A DNA stretch of 64,000 nt from the NCBI GenBank assembly GCA_031256175.1, contig JAIRRC010000012.1:914-64913 (forward strand). The letters run 5' to 3'. The stretch is from Rickettsiales bacterium (GTDB taxonomy: Bacteria > Pseudomonadota > Alphaproteobacteria > Rs-D84). Position numbers and translations under genes: made by a program. How positions within the stretch are numbered: position 1 is the stretch's first letter; each line of letters begins with the position of its first letter. Below, piece after piece: positions 46,095 to 54,661 of the stretch. A model generated the notes under the pieces. It made no database searches. It saw only the letters and a program-made list of their open reading frames with translations, and had not been told where the DNA came from.

Positions 46095-47423
46095 TTATCT
46101 TGAATACGAGAACGTCCCGTTGACGCCGGATATTATGACAGACGGCTTGTCGCTTCCGTTGTGCGCGACCTCGCCGATTATTTTGGACGCGACATTGTAT
46201 CGCATGGCTATGTTCTGGATTTTCTCGGCGGTTTTTTCGTCCTCGACATAAATCTCGAATCCGCATCCCATGTTGAAGTCTTCATACATTCCCTTCCACT
46301 GCGCGCCCGTTTCGGCCTGGATAAGCCCGAAAAGCGCGGGCATGTCGAACAGGTTGTCTTTTATTATCGTCATCGGCCGGGACAGATAGTTCAGGACTTT
46401 CGTCATGCCTCCGCCGCTGTTGTGCACCATGCCCTTGATTTTCCTGTTTCCGATTTCCCTGTATATGTCCCTGCATATCGGCGCATAGGTGCGCGTCGGC
46501 GACAGGGCCAGTTTTCCGAAGGGAATCTGCTCGTCCGTTTCGACCTTTATCAAGTCGGTTAGTTTTTTCGTTCCGTTGTATGCGTTTTCGCCGATTCCGA
46601 CGAATACGTTTTCGATGTGTTTTTCCAAATCGTTTTGAAGGGCGGTCGGAATCCTGTAATTTTTTCTCATGATTTCTTTAAGCTCTTTGATGTGGAGCAT
46701 TCCGAATCCGCCGTTGTATGTTTCCGGATATTTCCATCGGTATTCGGGATGGATAAGGTCGTGCCGCATTCTTGTGTATCCGTTGCTGCGCGCGCCGCCG
46801 TTGTAGGAATCTTCATAGGTCGCCTGCCCGTGCGAGGCCAGTCCCACGACTTTCTGCCCCGGCGCGATGTTTCCATTATTGATGACGTCGCGTTTTTTCA
46901 TGCGGCAGTGCATCGCGTTGTTGATTAGGATTGTAGGCGTCAGGTCCGGGACGTCGGCGGTCTCGCCGCATTGGCCGTTTATGTTTATGCCGAAAAGCCG
47001 CATGGTGTGAAGGAAATAATTCTCGCCGTTTATAAGTTCGGCCAGGACTTCGCCCGGTATCCTTTTCGTATTGCGGTCTATGTTGGACGTCAGATGAAGC
47101 TCGCCCGCGATTCCGCCCGCGCAAAGTATGTCGTCTAGGTTCATGACTATCGAATCCTGAACCACCCCGTGCCATACGGATATGTCGCCGGTTTCCTTCC
47201 AATACATATAGGCCAGGGCGGCTTTGGTTCCGGCGCCGTCCGAAGAATTTATGGATACCAAAGGATTTATCCAGTCGGCTATGCGTCCGAAGAAACCGCC
47301 GCGCGGGGCGGGATTGATTTTGCAGAATGCTTTCGGGAAAAGCCCCTTGTCATTGTCCTTTGTCGCCGCATGGACTTCGGGCTTGGACGAGGATACGTCG
47401 TATTTTTCATAGTCTTTGGACAT
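46095..47423 (-). CDS. AIR-synthase-related (PurM-like fold) protein, atypically long at 442 aa
   Basis: N-domain motif NSSDGAGTKAALAYMYWKETGDISVWHGVVQDSIVMNLDDILCAGG parallels PurM's SGTDGVGTK...DLVAMCVNDL. About 80-90 aa longer than canonical PurM. Confidence 0.5.
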   Translation of the reverse strand: MSKDYEKYDVSSSKPEVHAATKDNDKGLFPKAFCKINPAPRGGFFGRIADWINPLVSINSSDGAGTKAALAYMYWKETGDISVWHGVVQDSIVMNLDDILCAGGIAGELHLTSNIDRNTKRIPGEVLAELINGENYFLHTMRLFGININGQCGETADVPDLTPTILINNAMHCRMKKRDVINNGNIAPGQKVVGLASHGQATYEDSYNGGARSNGYTRMRHDLIHPEYRWKYPETYNGGFGMLHIKELKEIMRKNYRIPTALQNDLEKHIENVFVGIGENAYNGTKKLTDLIKVETDEQIPFGKLALSPTRTYAPICRDIYREIGNRKIKGMVHNSGGGMTKVLNYLSRPMTIIKDNLFDMPALFGLIQAETGAQWKGMYEDFNMGCGFEIYVEDEKTAEKIQNIAMRYNVASKIIGEVAHNGSDKPSVIISGVNGTFSYSR

Positions 47424-47484
47424 GGGAAACTCCTATAAAGTTTGCCCCTCTCCGTCCCTTGGACCAAGGCTACACCTAGAATAT

Positions 47485-47940
47485 CTATATGTCAATCCCT
47501 TCGATTCGCAAAAGGCGCGTCTTGTTGGCAAGGCCCGATGAATATCCGCCGATGGTTCCGTCCGCCGCTATCACGCGGTGGCAGGGGATTATGATTGATA
47601 TGGGATTTTTTCCGTTCGCGTTTCCGACCGCGCGGCAGGCGAGCGGGCGCCCGATGTTGGTCGCAAGCTGCTTATACGAAATGGCTTTGCCGTATGGAAT
47701 CGCAAGAAGCCCCGACCATACGGATTTTTGGAATTTCGTGCCGGCCGGCGCCAACGGGATTGAAAATTCGCGTCGCGCGCCGGAAAAATATTCGGCCAGT
47801 TGCGCGGCGGCGAGCTTTGTGATTTTGTTCCCTTCGGTCGCGGCGTGGCGCCGCCCGAATTCGAGTTCGATAAGCGCGGCGTCATTCGCGACCAGCGTTA
47901 TAATCCCGTTCGGAGAATCTATATATTGGATGTATTTCAT
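47485..47940 (-). CDS. ogt: O6-methylguanine-DNA methyltransferase
   Basis: Active-site PCHRVI, the HTH region, and a GNANGKNP-type loop. Start trimmed to MKYIQY so that it does not run through the tRNA-end repeat. Confidence 0.85.
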   Translation of the reverse strand: MKYIQYIDSPNGIITLVANDAALIELEFGRRHAATEGNKITKLAAAQLAEYFSGARREFSIPLAPAGTKFQKSVWSGLLAIPYGKAISYKQLATNIGRPLACRAVGNANGKNPISIIIPCHRVIAADGTIGGYSSGLANKTRLLRIEGIDI

Positions 47941-47949
47941 TTTTAATTC

Positions 47950-47971
47950 TGGTGGGTGCTGGGGGATTCGA
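47950..47971. repeat. Direct repeat of the tRNA-Lys 3' end (22 nt TGGTGGGTGCTGGGGGATTCGA), att-like scar
   Basis: Identical to 48065-48086 (the tRNA-Lys 3' end on the minus strand), 115 nt away, beyond the tRNA terminator. Confidence 0.7.
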
Positions 47972-47984
47972 GCACGAGCGAATA

Positions 47985-48018
47985 AGCACACAAAAATTTC
48001 CGTTATTAGGAAATTTTT
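47985..48018 (-). terminator. Terminator for tRNA-Lys (minus strand)
   Basis: Perfect hairpin AAAAATTTCC-GTTATTA-GGAAATTTTT. In the minus-strand transcript it is followed by UUUUUGUGUG. Confidence 0.65.
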
Positions 48019-48064
48019 GATGTGCGCGTCGCGAGGGAACGAAGGACGGCGCACCACGGATTAA

Positions 48065-48140
48065 TGGTGGGTGCTGGGGGATTCGAACCCACGACCAAAT
48101 GATTAAGAGTCATTTGCTCTACCAACTGAGCTAAGCACCC
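48065..48140 (-). tRNA. tRNA-Lys (anticodon CTT)
   Basis: Reverse complement folds as acceptor GGGTGCT/AGCACCC, D-arm GCTCAGTTGGTAGAGC, anticodon stem AATGA/TCATT with loop CTCTTAA, T-arm GTGGGTTCGAATCCCCC (one apparent mismatch), ACCA 3' end. Confidence 0.8.
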
Positions 48141-48253
48141 GTATAGGCCGATATTATATTGTATCCCGCCCGGTTTGCAAGCTTAAATTTTGCTTGTATT
48201 CTTATGGTTTTTGGAATAAAATCCCGTCAGTTAAACTAAAAAGGAGATAACTC

Positions 48254-48466
48254 ATGAAAAAACTATCCCTGTTGGCTTTGGCCGCCCTTGTCCTTACCGG
48301 ATGCTACGGTTACACCACCAACAGAACCTTCGACGCCAACGGCAACAAGAAAGATTGCACGGTCGTCGTCGCCAAAACCGGAAACATGGTCTTCGGATAC
48401 GAGGAGAACACCTTCTCGAACATGGCCCGCGGCGAGAAAGACTGCAAGGAATGGATGAAGAAGTAA
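48254..48466 (+). CDS. Small lipoprotein, unknown function
   Basis: Lipobox LTGC after the signal peptide MKKLSLLALAALV. 70 aa. Confidence 0.5.
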   Translation: MKKLSLLALAALVLTGCYGYTTNRTFDANGNKKDCTVVVAKTGNMVFGYEENTFSNMARGEKDCKEWMKK

Positions 48467-48548
48467 TTCTTCCCATACCGGATGAAAGCCCGCGGTTGCG
48501 GGCTTTTTTTTATTTTGTCGTTCCCGCATTTTATGGTATAATTGTCGC

Positions 48549-49220
48549 ATGGATACCAATTCGAAAATGAGCGTAGACGAAATCAGGGAAAGCCTCGGCT
48601 TTTTCCGGCTCGTCATGGACAAGAAAATGGCCGTGGCCGAGCGGCTCCGCTATGTCGCCGAACTTTTCGCGGAATTGGACAGGTTCGTCGCCGCTTCCGG
48701 CGAATACGGCCTCGATTTCAAGAATAAATTCATGCCCGAGGCATACGAGGAATTCTTCAAGGGAAAAATCGCGGCCGTGGATATTCCGGAAAATCTGCTG
48801 GGCGATTCCAATAAGTGGCCCTGGCCGTTCGAATCCAAAAAAGGCGCCGCCGCCAAGGATTTTTACGAAAGGGCTTCGGCCAGGTTCGGCATGATAAAGG
48901 CCGCCGATGCGGCCAAGCCCGAATACGATATAGTCATGCCAAAGCTTACCCCCAGGGAATACGACAATATTTGGAGTTATATTTCCGAATACAGGAAAAT
49001 CATGGACACGGAATTGAACTATGCGAATTCCGCGGTAATCGCGCGGGACCTTGCATTGGCCGCGGATGGTTTGGACGCAAAGATGGCCGCGCTTGGGAAG
49101 GATTCTTCTTCCTATAAGAACCCGGCGGCGCGCATGGGCTTCATGGTCGCCGCAAAGGACGATTCCAGCAAGCTTCCGGTGCCGGTGCAGTTCCGCGTTC
49201 CCGCGAAAATGCAAGGATAG
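48549..49220 (+). CDS. Hypothetical cytoplasmic protein (223 aa), paralogous to the C-terminal half of the next gene
   Basis: Shares several collinear motifs with 49224-50828 (IMDTELNYANS vs YMDMELNYYNS; EAYEEFFKGK..PENLLG vs KLEDEFLSAG..PENPNG). Confidence 0.45.
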   Translation: MDTNSKMSVDEIRESLGFFRLVMDKKMAVAERLRYVAELFAELDRFVAASGEYGLDFKNKFMPEAYEEFFKGKIAAVDIPENLLGDSNKWPWPFESKKGAAAKDFYERASARFGMIKAADAAKPEYDIVMPKLTPREYDNIWSYISEYRKIMDTELNYANSAVIARDLALAADGLDAKMAALGKDSSSYKNPAARMGFMVAAKDDSSKLPVPVQFRVPAKMQG

Positions 49221-49223
49221 GAA

Positions 49224-50828
49224 ATGAAATCCATAAAGACGGAAGACCAGCTTCTTGCCGCATACAAGGCTTGGCGCGCAAGCGATATGTCCGGCAAGAC
49301 TATGGAAAATGACGAATATTCCGCGCAGCTTGGCGGCGAATTCGATTTCAAATTGTCGCCCGACTTGGATTCGGATTTATTGTCGGGCAGGATTCCTGAC
49401 GCCGAAGACTCCGGATTTCTTTTTCTTAACGGACTTGTCCGGAATTCCTTGGACGGGCTTGGGAAAAAGAAGCAGGCCGATTTCATCGACAAGGTTTATG
49501 GCGGAATCGATATGAAGAAAATCGGCGGCGGCTTCGGCAATATGGAAATCCTGGCGCGCGCTTTCAACAAGTATATAAGGGTCAACCAGTATGTCGGCGC
49601 GAAGGCCCAGCTTGTCAACAAGGAATTCTTCGACATCGACCGCGAGCGGCCGGTGAATTTTTCCCCTATGGTTTCGGACGAGAAATACGGCGGATACGAA
49701 TTCAGGAAAACCGCGGTGCTTGAAGATTTGAAAAGAAAAGCCGCGGCTGACGAAAAGAAGATAAAGGATTCTTCCATGCCCGCGCCGCGCGCCTTTCCGC
49801 CCGCCGCCGCGCCGAAAAAGAAATCCGGCGCGGACAGGGAAGCTTTCAAGAAAGACGTCGCGGCCGAAAAGATAGTGGCGTCAGCCCTGCGCGCCCTTGC
49901 GGAATTCAAGTCGGTCGTCGACAAAAAGGTCGCGCTGGCTTACAAGCTTTACGACATACACCAGGAATTCCAGAAGGATTTCGGCAAGCTTCGCGAAATG
50001 GCGCGGGGCTATAAGGGCAAGTTCACCTACGGGTATCCGATTGCCGCCCAGAAGTTGGAGGATGAATTTTTGTCGGCCGGAATCGGAAACGTCGCGGATT
50101 ACGAGGTGCCTGAAAATCCCAACGGCTTTTTCGCCGGAAAGTATGAGAAGGACTTCTATAATAAGTTCGCCGACTTGGCGCAAAGGATAAAGGACAAGGT
50201 TCTCGCCGCCGAGAAGCGGGGCGCGCTTGCCGGCGCCACGGACCCGATGATGCCGGAATTTTCGAACGACGAGCGCGCGGTTATAGGGCTCGCCGAAAGG
50301 AACGTGAACACGTATGTGTCGGCCGCGTTTTTCGGCGAGAACCTTGACGACTATAAGAACAATAGCCGGATAGATGTCAATGTGGGCGACTATGAGCGCT
50401 ATATGGATATGGAATTGAATTATTACAATTCGGGCGACGTCGCCTATCGCTTGGGCGAGAAGGCGCAGTATCTGACCGACCAGGTTTCCCAGGCGGAAAA
50501 ATCTTTGGCGACTTTAAGGACGCGCATAGCCGAAAAGCGCGCCGAAATCGACGCGGCGGACCTTGAAGCGGCCAGGCATGCGGCGCGCGTTGAAGAATTC
50601 AAAAACGAAATCGCGGTGTTTGACCCGGACAAATTCGCGCTCGGCAAATCCGAAACGACCAAAAATTATTTGGAAAAAGCGTCGAAGCGCTTGAAGAACA
50701 AAGCCGCATGGGATAGTTCCCCTTCGGGCGTCGTCCTGCTGGACAGAAAGCTTGCGGAGGAAAAGAAGGCGGCGGCGGAAAATAAAGCCGCGCGCCTGGC
50801 GCTCCATAAATCCCGCAGCGAATTATAA
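49224..50828 (+). CDS. Hypothetical cytoplasmic protein (534 aa) with a Lys/Glu-rich coiled-coil C-terminus, paralogous to the preceding gene
   Basis: No signal peptide or known domain. An internal region is homologous to the upstream 223-aa protein. Confidence 0.45.
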   Translation: MKSIKTEDQLLAAYKAWRASDMSGKTMENDEYSAQLGGEFDFKLSPDLDSDLLSGRIPDAEDSGFLFLNGLVRNSLDGLGKKKQADFIDKVYGGIDMKKIGGGFGNMEILARAFNKYIRVNQYVGAKAQLVNKEFFDIDRERPVNFSPMVSDEKYGGYEFRKTAVLEDLKRKAAADEKKIKDSSMPAPRAFPPAAAPKKKSGADREAFKKDVAAEKIVASALRALAEFKSVVDKKVALAYKLYDIHQEFQKDFGKLREMARGYKGKFTYGYPIAAQKLEDEFLSAGIGNVADYEVPENPNGFFAGKYEKDFYNKFADLAQRIKDKVLAAEKRGALAGATDPMMPEFSNDERAVIGLAERNVNTYVSAAFFGENLDDYKNNSRIDVNVGDYERYMDMELNYYNSGDVAYRLGEKAQYLTDQVSQAEKSLATLRTRIAEKRAEIDAADLEAARHAARVEEFKNEIAVFDPDKFALGKSETTKNYLEKASKRLKNKAAWDSSPSGVVLLDRKLAEEKKAAAENKAARLALHKSRSEL

Positions 50829-50875
50829 TAAATATTTTATAAAAAACTCCCCCGCAAGGGGGAGCTGACAATAAT

Positions 50876-51121
50876 TTACTTCAACTTCTTCGCCAATCTC
50901 GAAACCTTGCGCGCCGCGCGCTTTTTCGGCATGACCTTGTTCTTCATGATTTTGGATTCCGCCGCGCGGACCGCAAGCGCCGCCGCGGCCTTGTCGCCGC
51001 CGGCTATCGCCTTTTCGGCCTTTTTTATAGCGGTTTTGACCGCGGTCTTTTTCGCCGTGTTGCACGCTTTCTTGGTCGCGCTTACCAGGATTCTCTTTTT
51101 CGACGACTTGTGGCTTGCCAT
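50876..51121 (-). CDS. rpsT: 30S ribosomal protein S20
   Basis: MASHKSSKKRILVSATKKACNTAKKTAVKTAIKKAEKA is the typical S20 N-terminus. Start trimmed to MASHK. A terminator hairpin follows at 50841-50866. Confidence 0.85.
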   Translation of the reverse strand: MASHKSSKKRILVSATKKACNTAKKTAVKTAIKKAEKAIAGGDKAAAALAVRAAESKIMKNKVMPKKRAARKVSRLAKKLK

Positions 51122-51192
51122 AATAAATTCCTTTGTTTTGTTTGGTTGCTTCATTATAATGAAAGCGCGTTTATAAATCAAGGGGTTAAGAG

Positions 51193-51771
51193 ATGTATCA
51201 GCTAATCGCGTTGTTGTTCGGCTATTTATTGGGCGGCGTTCCGTTCGGCTATATAATAGTGAAGGCGTCCGGCATGGGCGACGTCAGAAAAATCGGAAGC
51301 AAAAGCACCGGCGCGACGAACGTTTTGCGGACGGGGAAAAAATGGCTGGCGGCTTTGACATTGGCGCTCGATTTCTTGAAGGCTGCTGCGGCCTATTGGA
51401 TTGCCGAATGGATTGTGCCTGGCGCGGGAATTCTGGCGGGCGCCGCCGCGGTCGTCGGGCATTGCTTTCCGGTATGGCTGAAATTCAAAGGCGGCAAGGG
51501 CTTCGCGTCCACGCTTGGATTCTTGTTCGCGGTGTCGCCGCTGCTTTGGCTGATATGCTCCGCGATTTGGCTGATAGTGGCCTTTGCGACGAAAATATCG
51601 TCGGTCGCGGCGCTGTTCGTCTTGGCCGCGGCGCCCAGCGTCGCCTGGTTTCTGGGCCAGGGCTGGGCGGTAGTCTTCGCGATTGCGTTCCTGTCGTTGC
51701 TTGGCATAATAAGGCACCGCGAGAATATAAAGCGCCTGGCGTCCGGCACCGAATCGAAAATCAAATTATGA
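51193..51771 (+). CDS. plsY: Glycerol-3-phosphate acyltransferase PlsY
   Basis: GSKSTGATNVLRTGKKW motif and five TM segments. 192 aa. Confidence 0.9.
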   Translation: MYQLIALLFGYLLGGVPFGYIIVKASGMGDVRKIGSKSTGATNVLRTGKKWLAALTLALDFLKAAAAYWIAEWIVPGAGILAGAAAVVGHCFPVWLKFKGGKGFASTLGFLFAVSPLLWLICSAIWLIVAFATKISSVAALFVLAAAPSVAWFLGQGWAVVFAIAFLSLLGIIRHRENIKRLASGTESKIKL

Positions 51772-52814
51772 TGGGCGATATTTTCCACCGCCTTTGCATA
51801 TATAGGTCGCCGGGAATAGGGGCCGTGAAATTTTCCGCTATTATGGCGAAATACGGCGACGCGGAAGCGGCCGCGGCCAGTTTGGATTTATCGGACTCTT
51901 TCAAGGATTCCGTGAAGCGCGAAATGGATTCGCTGCGCGCGCTGGGCGGATTTTATATTTCGGACGCGGACGATGATTTTCCAAAAAATTTGAAGCACGC
52001 TTACGGCTGCGCGCCGATACTGAGCGTGCTCGGCAACCGCGCGGCGCTGGATAAGAAATCGGTTTCGGTCGTCGGCACGCGGCACGCTTCCGCCGCGGGC
52101 ATGGATATAATCCGGGACATTGCGAAGCGCCTTGCCGAAAACGATGTCGCCGTTGTGTCGGGCATGGCGATGGGAACGGACGCGGCGGCGCACGAAGGCG
52201 CGCTGCGCGCGGACGGCGACGCGAATACGATTGCGGTCCTGGCGGGCGGCGTCGATTATGTATGGCCTTTGGAGAATCGGAAATTGTATGACGATATTGT
52301 CCGGCGCGGCGCGGTGGTATCCGAAATGCCGGTCGGCTTCAAGCCGACTGCGACGCACTTCGCGCAGCGGAACAGGATAGTCGCGGCGCTTGGCGAAAAA
52401 TTGGTGCTGGGCGAATCGAACGAAGGAAGCGGCAGTCTGATTACCGCGAATTTCGCGAAGGATTTCGGACGCAGGATTTTCGCATTGCCCGGACATCCCG
52501 CCGACCCGCGCGCGCACGGCCCGAACAGATTGATTCGTGAAGGCGCGGCGACCTTGTGCATGGGCGCGGACGATTTCTTTCCGAAATTGGAGTTTGGTGG
52601 TAGTATTGACAATACAAAAAAGGCGGTTTTGCGCGCCGAATCGGCGCTTGGGAATAGGATTTTAGACCTTATGGCCGCATCACCCTCGTCCGAATCGGTT
52701 ATCGCGTCCGCCCTTGGCGAAAATATAGCGATAATCAAGAAGGAACTCGTGCTCCTCGAAATATCCGGCCGCGTCGAAAAGGCGAACGGCGGCTTCATTC
52801 GGAAATCATTTTAA
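51768..52814 (+). CDS. dprA: DNA processing protein DprA (Smf)
   Basis: Start at MMGDIFHRL overlapping the plsY stop (ATGA). Rossmann-like DprA core VVGTRHASAAGMDI...VVSGMAMGTDAAAHEGAL. Confidence 0.85.
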   Translation: MMGDIFHRLCIYRSPGIGAVKFSAIMAKYGDAEAAAASLDLSDSFKDSVKREMDSLRALGGFYISDADDDFPKNLKHAYGCAPILSVLGNRAALDKKSVSVVGTRHASAAGMDIIRDIAKRLAENDVAVVSGMAMGTDAAAHEGALRADGDANTIAVLAGGVDYVWPLENRKLYDDIVRRGAVVSEMPVGFKPTATHFAQRNRIVAALGEKLVLGESNEGSGSLITANFAKDFGRRIFALPGHPADPRAHGPNRLIREGAATLCMGADDFFPKLEFGGSIDNTKKAVLRAESALGNRILDLMAASPSSESVIASALGENIAIIKKELVLLEISGRVEKANGGFIRKSF

Positions 52815-52969
52815 CCCCGTTTTTTGGCGGTTTTCAAGGCATTTCCCGCGAATCCGAAAAATCCGCAGAAATCCGTTCAAGCGAAAATTTTTTCCATTTT
52901 TCAAATTAAATTATGGCAAATTCCCCGTCCCCCCTTAAAGTGTCTTATACGAAGGAAGGAAAATCGCAA

Positions 52970-54262
52970 ATGTCCGCTGTTGAACAACCCAAAAATTTGT
53001 TCGAAGACTTTATGGGCTCGGTCGCCGACGCCGTGCGTCCCGCGGAATTCAACACATGGTTTTCCAAAGTGTCGGGCAGCGCCGACGGCGGCAAAATAAT
53101 TTTGCGCGCGCCCAGCGACTTCGTCGCGGGCTGCATAAAGAACAGATACAAATCCGCGTTGGAATTGCTCGCGGCCGAAATGAAGCTTGGCCTTGAAATA
53201 GGCAGCCGCATGAATTCCGCCGCGGCCGAGGCCGCGAATATCAATGACAACAAACCCGCCGTCGCATCCGCGCCCGCGCCGCGCCCGGAAACCGATTCAT
53301 ATTCCTTCGAAAATTTCATAACAAGCGCGGAAAACGAATTCGTCGTCGCGGCTTGCAAAAAACTTTCGGCCGCGAATGTCGGGTTTTCGCCGCTGTTTTT
53401 ATACGGCGCCAGCGGCTGCGGTAAAACGCACTTGGCGCGCGCGGTCAGGAATGAAATCGTCCTTGGCGGCGACCGGAGCGTCGTCATGCTTTCGGGCGAC
53501 AGGTTCGTGTCCGACTTCGTGCGGTCGCTCAAAAACCAGACCAACTTCGCCTTCAAGGATAAAATCGCGTCGGCTGACGTCCTTATAATAGACGGCGTGG
53601 AAAGCTTGATTGGAAAATCCGCGACGCTCGCCGAATTTGAATCGCTTCTGGTTTCCGTAATCGAAAACGGCGGGAATGTGGTGCTGACGGCGTCCCAGGC
53701 GCCGGGCGCGCTTTCGGGAATTTCGCGCCGCTTGCAGTCTTTATTGTCGTCCGGCGTGGTCGCCGATGTCGCGTCGCCGAACGCCGCGGCGAAAATGCGG
53801 ATTCTGAAGACCGCGGGCGCGACCGATGAAGTCGCCCGGTTCGTCGCGGAGAATTCCGCCTGCGACGGGCATGTTGTCGCGGGACTGGCGAAAAAAATAT
53901 CGGTCTGGTGCGAAACCTTCGGAATGAAGATGACCTTGGATGAATCGCGCCGCGTCTTGGGCGATTCGCTTAATGGGAAAAAATCGCCGGAAGATTTCGT
54001 GAAGAAGATGTGCGCGGCGCTTGCGGTGTCGTTCGATGAAATAATGTCCGCGCGGCGCCAGGCGAAAATCGTGCGCGCGCGTCAGATGATGATGCACGTG
54101 CTGAAATCGGAAACGAATATGTCGTTGTCCGAAATCGGCCGCGCGCTTGGCGGCAAGGACCACGCCACGATTATTTATGGAATCAATAATATCGAAAAAC
54201 AGAAACTATCCGACCTTACATTAACGGCGGAATTGGAAACATTGCGCGCCGCGATGAATTAG
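52970..54262 (+). CDS. dnaA: Chromosomal replication initiator DnaA
   Basis: AAA+ Walker A GASGCGKTHL, Walker B DVLIIDGVESL, and the domain IV DNA-binding helix (MSLSEIGRALGGKDHATIIYGINNIEK). Start chosen at MSAVEQ with a strong RBS gaaggaagga; the tracked ORF begins 57 nt upstream at 52913. Confidence 0.9.
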   Translation: MSAVEQPKNLFEDFMGSVADAVRPAEFNTWFSKVSGSADGGKIILRAPSDFVAGCIKNRYKSALELLAAEMKLGLEIGSRMNSAAAEAANINDNKPAVASAPAPRPETDSYSFENFITSAENEFVVAACKKLSAANVGFSPLFLYGASGCGKTHLARAVRNEIVLGGDRSVVMLSGDRFVSDFVRSLKNQTNFAFKDKIASADVLIIDGVESLIGKSATLAEFESLLVSVIENGGNVVLTASQAPGALSGISRRLQSLLSSGVVADVASPNAAAKMRILKTAGATDEVARFVAENSACDGHVVAGLAKKISVWCETFGMKMTLDESRRVLGDSLNGKKSPEDFVKKMCAALAVSFDEIMSARRQAKIVRARQMMMHVLKSETNMSLSEIGRALGGKDHATIIYGINNIEKQKLSDLTLTAELETLRAAMN

Positions 54263-54660
54263 TCTTCGTATGGCGCCTGTGCCGCAGTCGGTGCGGCGGA
54301 CTTGGGCGCCGATAGGTTTCTTTCTTCTACCTTTATGTTTTTTGCGTCCTTGACGACGCATAGATGGTTTTTATTCAATTCGAATCCGGCGTCGCATTCC
54401 TTGACGATTTTCTTTACGCATTCGCCGGTCTTGGCGTCGAAGGTCGTGGTATCCGGGCAGAAATCGACAGGGTCGACGCAGCCGCTTTGCGCGGCGTTCG
54501 GAATCTGTCCGTCCTTGCAGAATACGCAGTGCGTCCCCTTGGATATTTGCGCGGGCCCGCAGGCGACGCAGTCGCCGGCCTTGTTGGTGAATTCGTTCGG
54601 CTCGCACGCCAGGGCGGGCGTTATGATTGTCGTTAAAACCGCAAGGATAAGGAATCGCAT
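54259..54660 (-). CDS. Secreted cysteine-rich repeat protein, unknown function
   Basis: Signal peptide followed by 14 Cys residues in repeated CxxC / CxDG arrangements. 133 aa. Confidence 0.45.
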   Translation of the reverse strand: MRFLILAVLTTIITPALACEPNEFTNKAGDCVACGPAQISKGTHCVFCKDGQIPNAAQSGCVDPVDFCPDTTTFDAKTGECVKKIVKECDAGFELNKNHLCVVKDAKNIKVEERNLSAPKSAAPTAAQAPYED

Positions 54661-54661
54661 T

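Noticed and set aside
45918-46103. 61-aa ORF encoding a possible small membrane protein between mpg and the PurM-like gene.
   Set aside because: Too short, with no supporting RBS or conservation evidence. It could be real but cannot be supported from sequence alone.
48065-48140. Possibility that tRNA-Lys is a pseudogene because of one T-stem mismatch in my hand fold.
   Set aside because: All other arms, the anticodon loop and the discriminator-CCA are canonical. A single mismatch or G-U is common and may also reflect my manual folding.
52815-52969. oriC with DnaA boxes directly upstream of dnaA.
   Set aside because: No TTATCCACA / TGTGGATAA-like 9-mers are visible, only AATCCG repeats. Alphaproteobacterial origins are often located away from dnaA. 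Left as a low-interest note.
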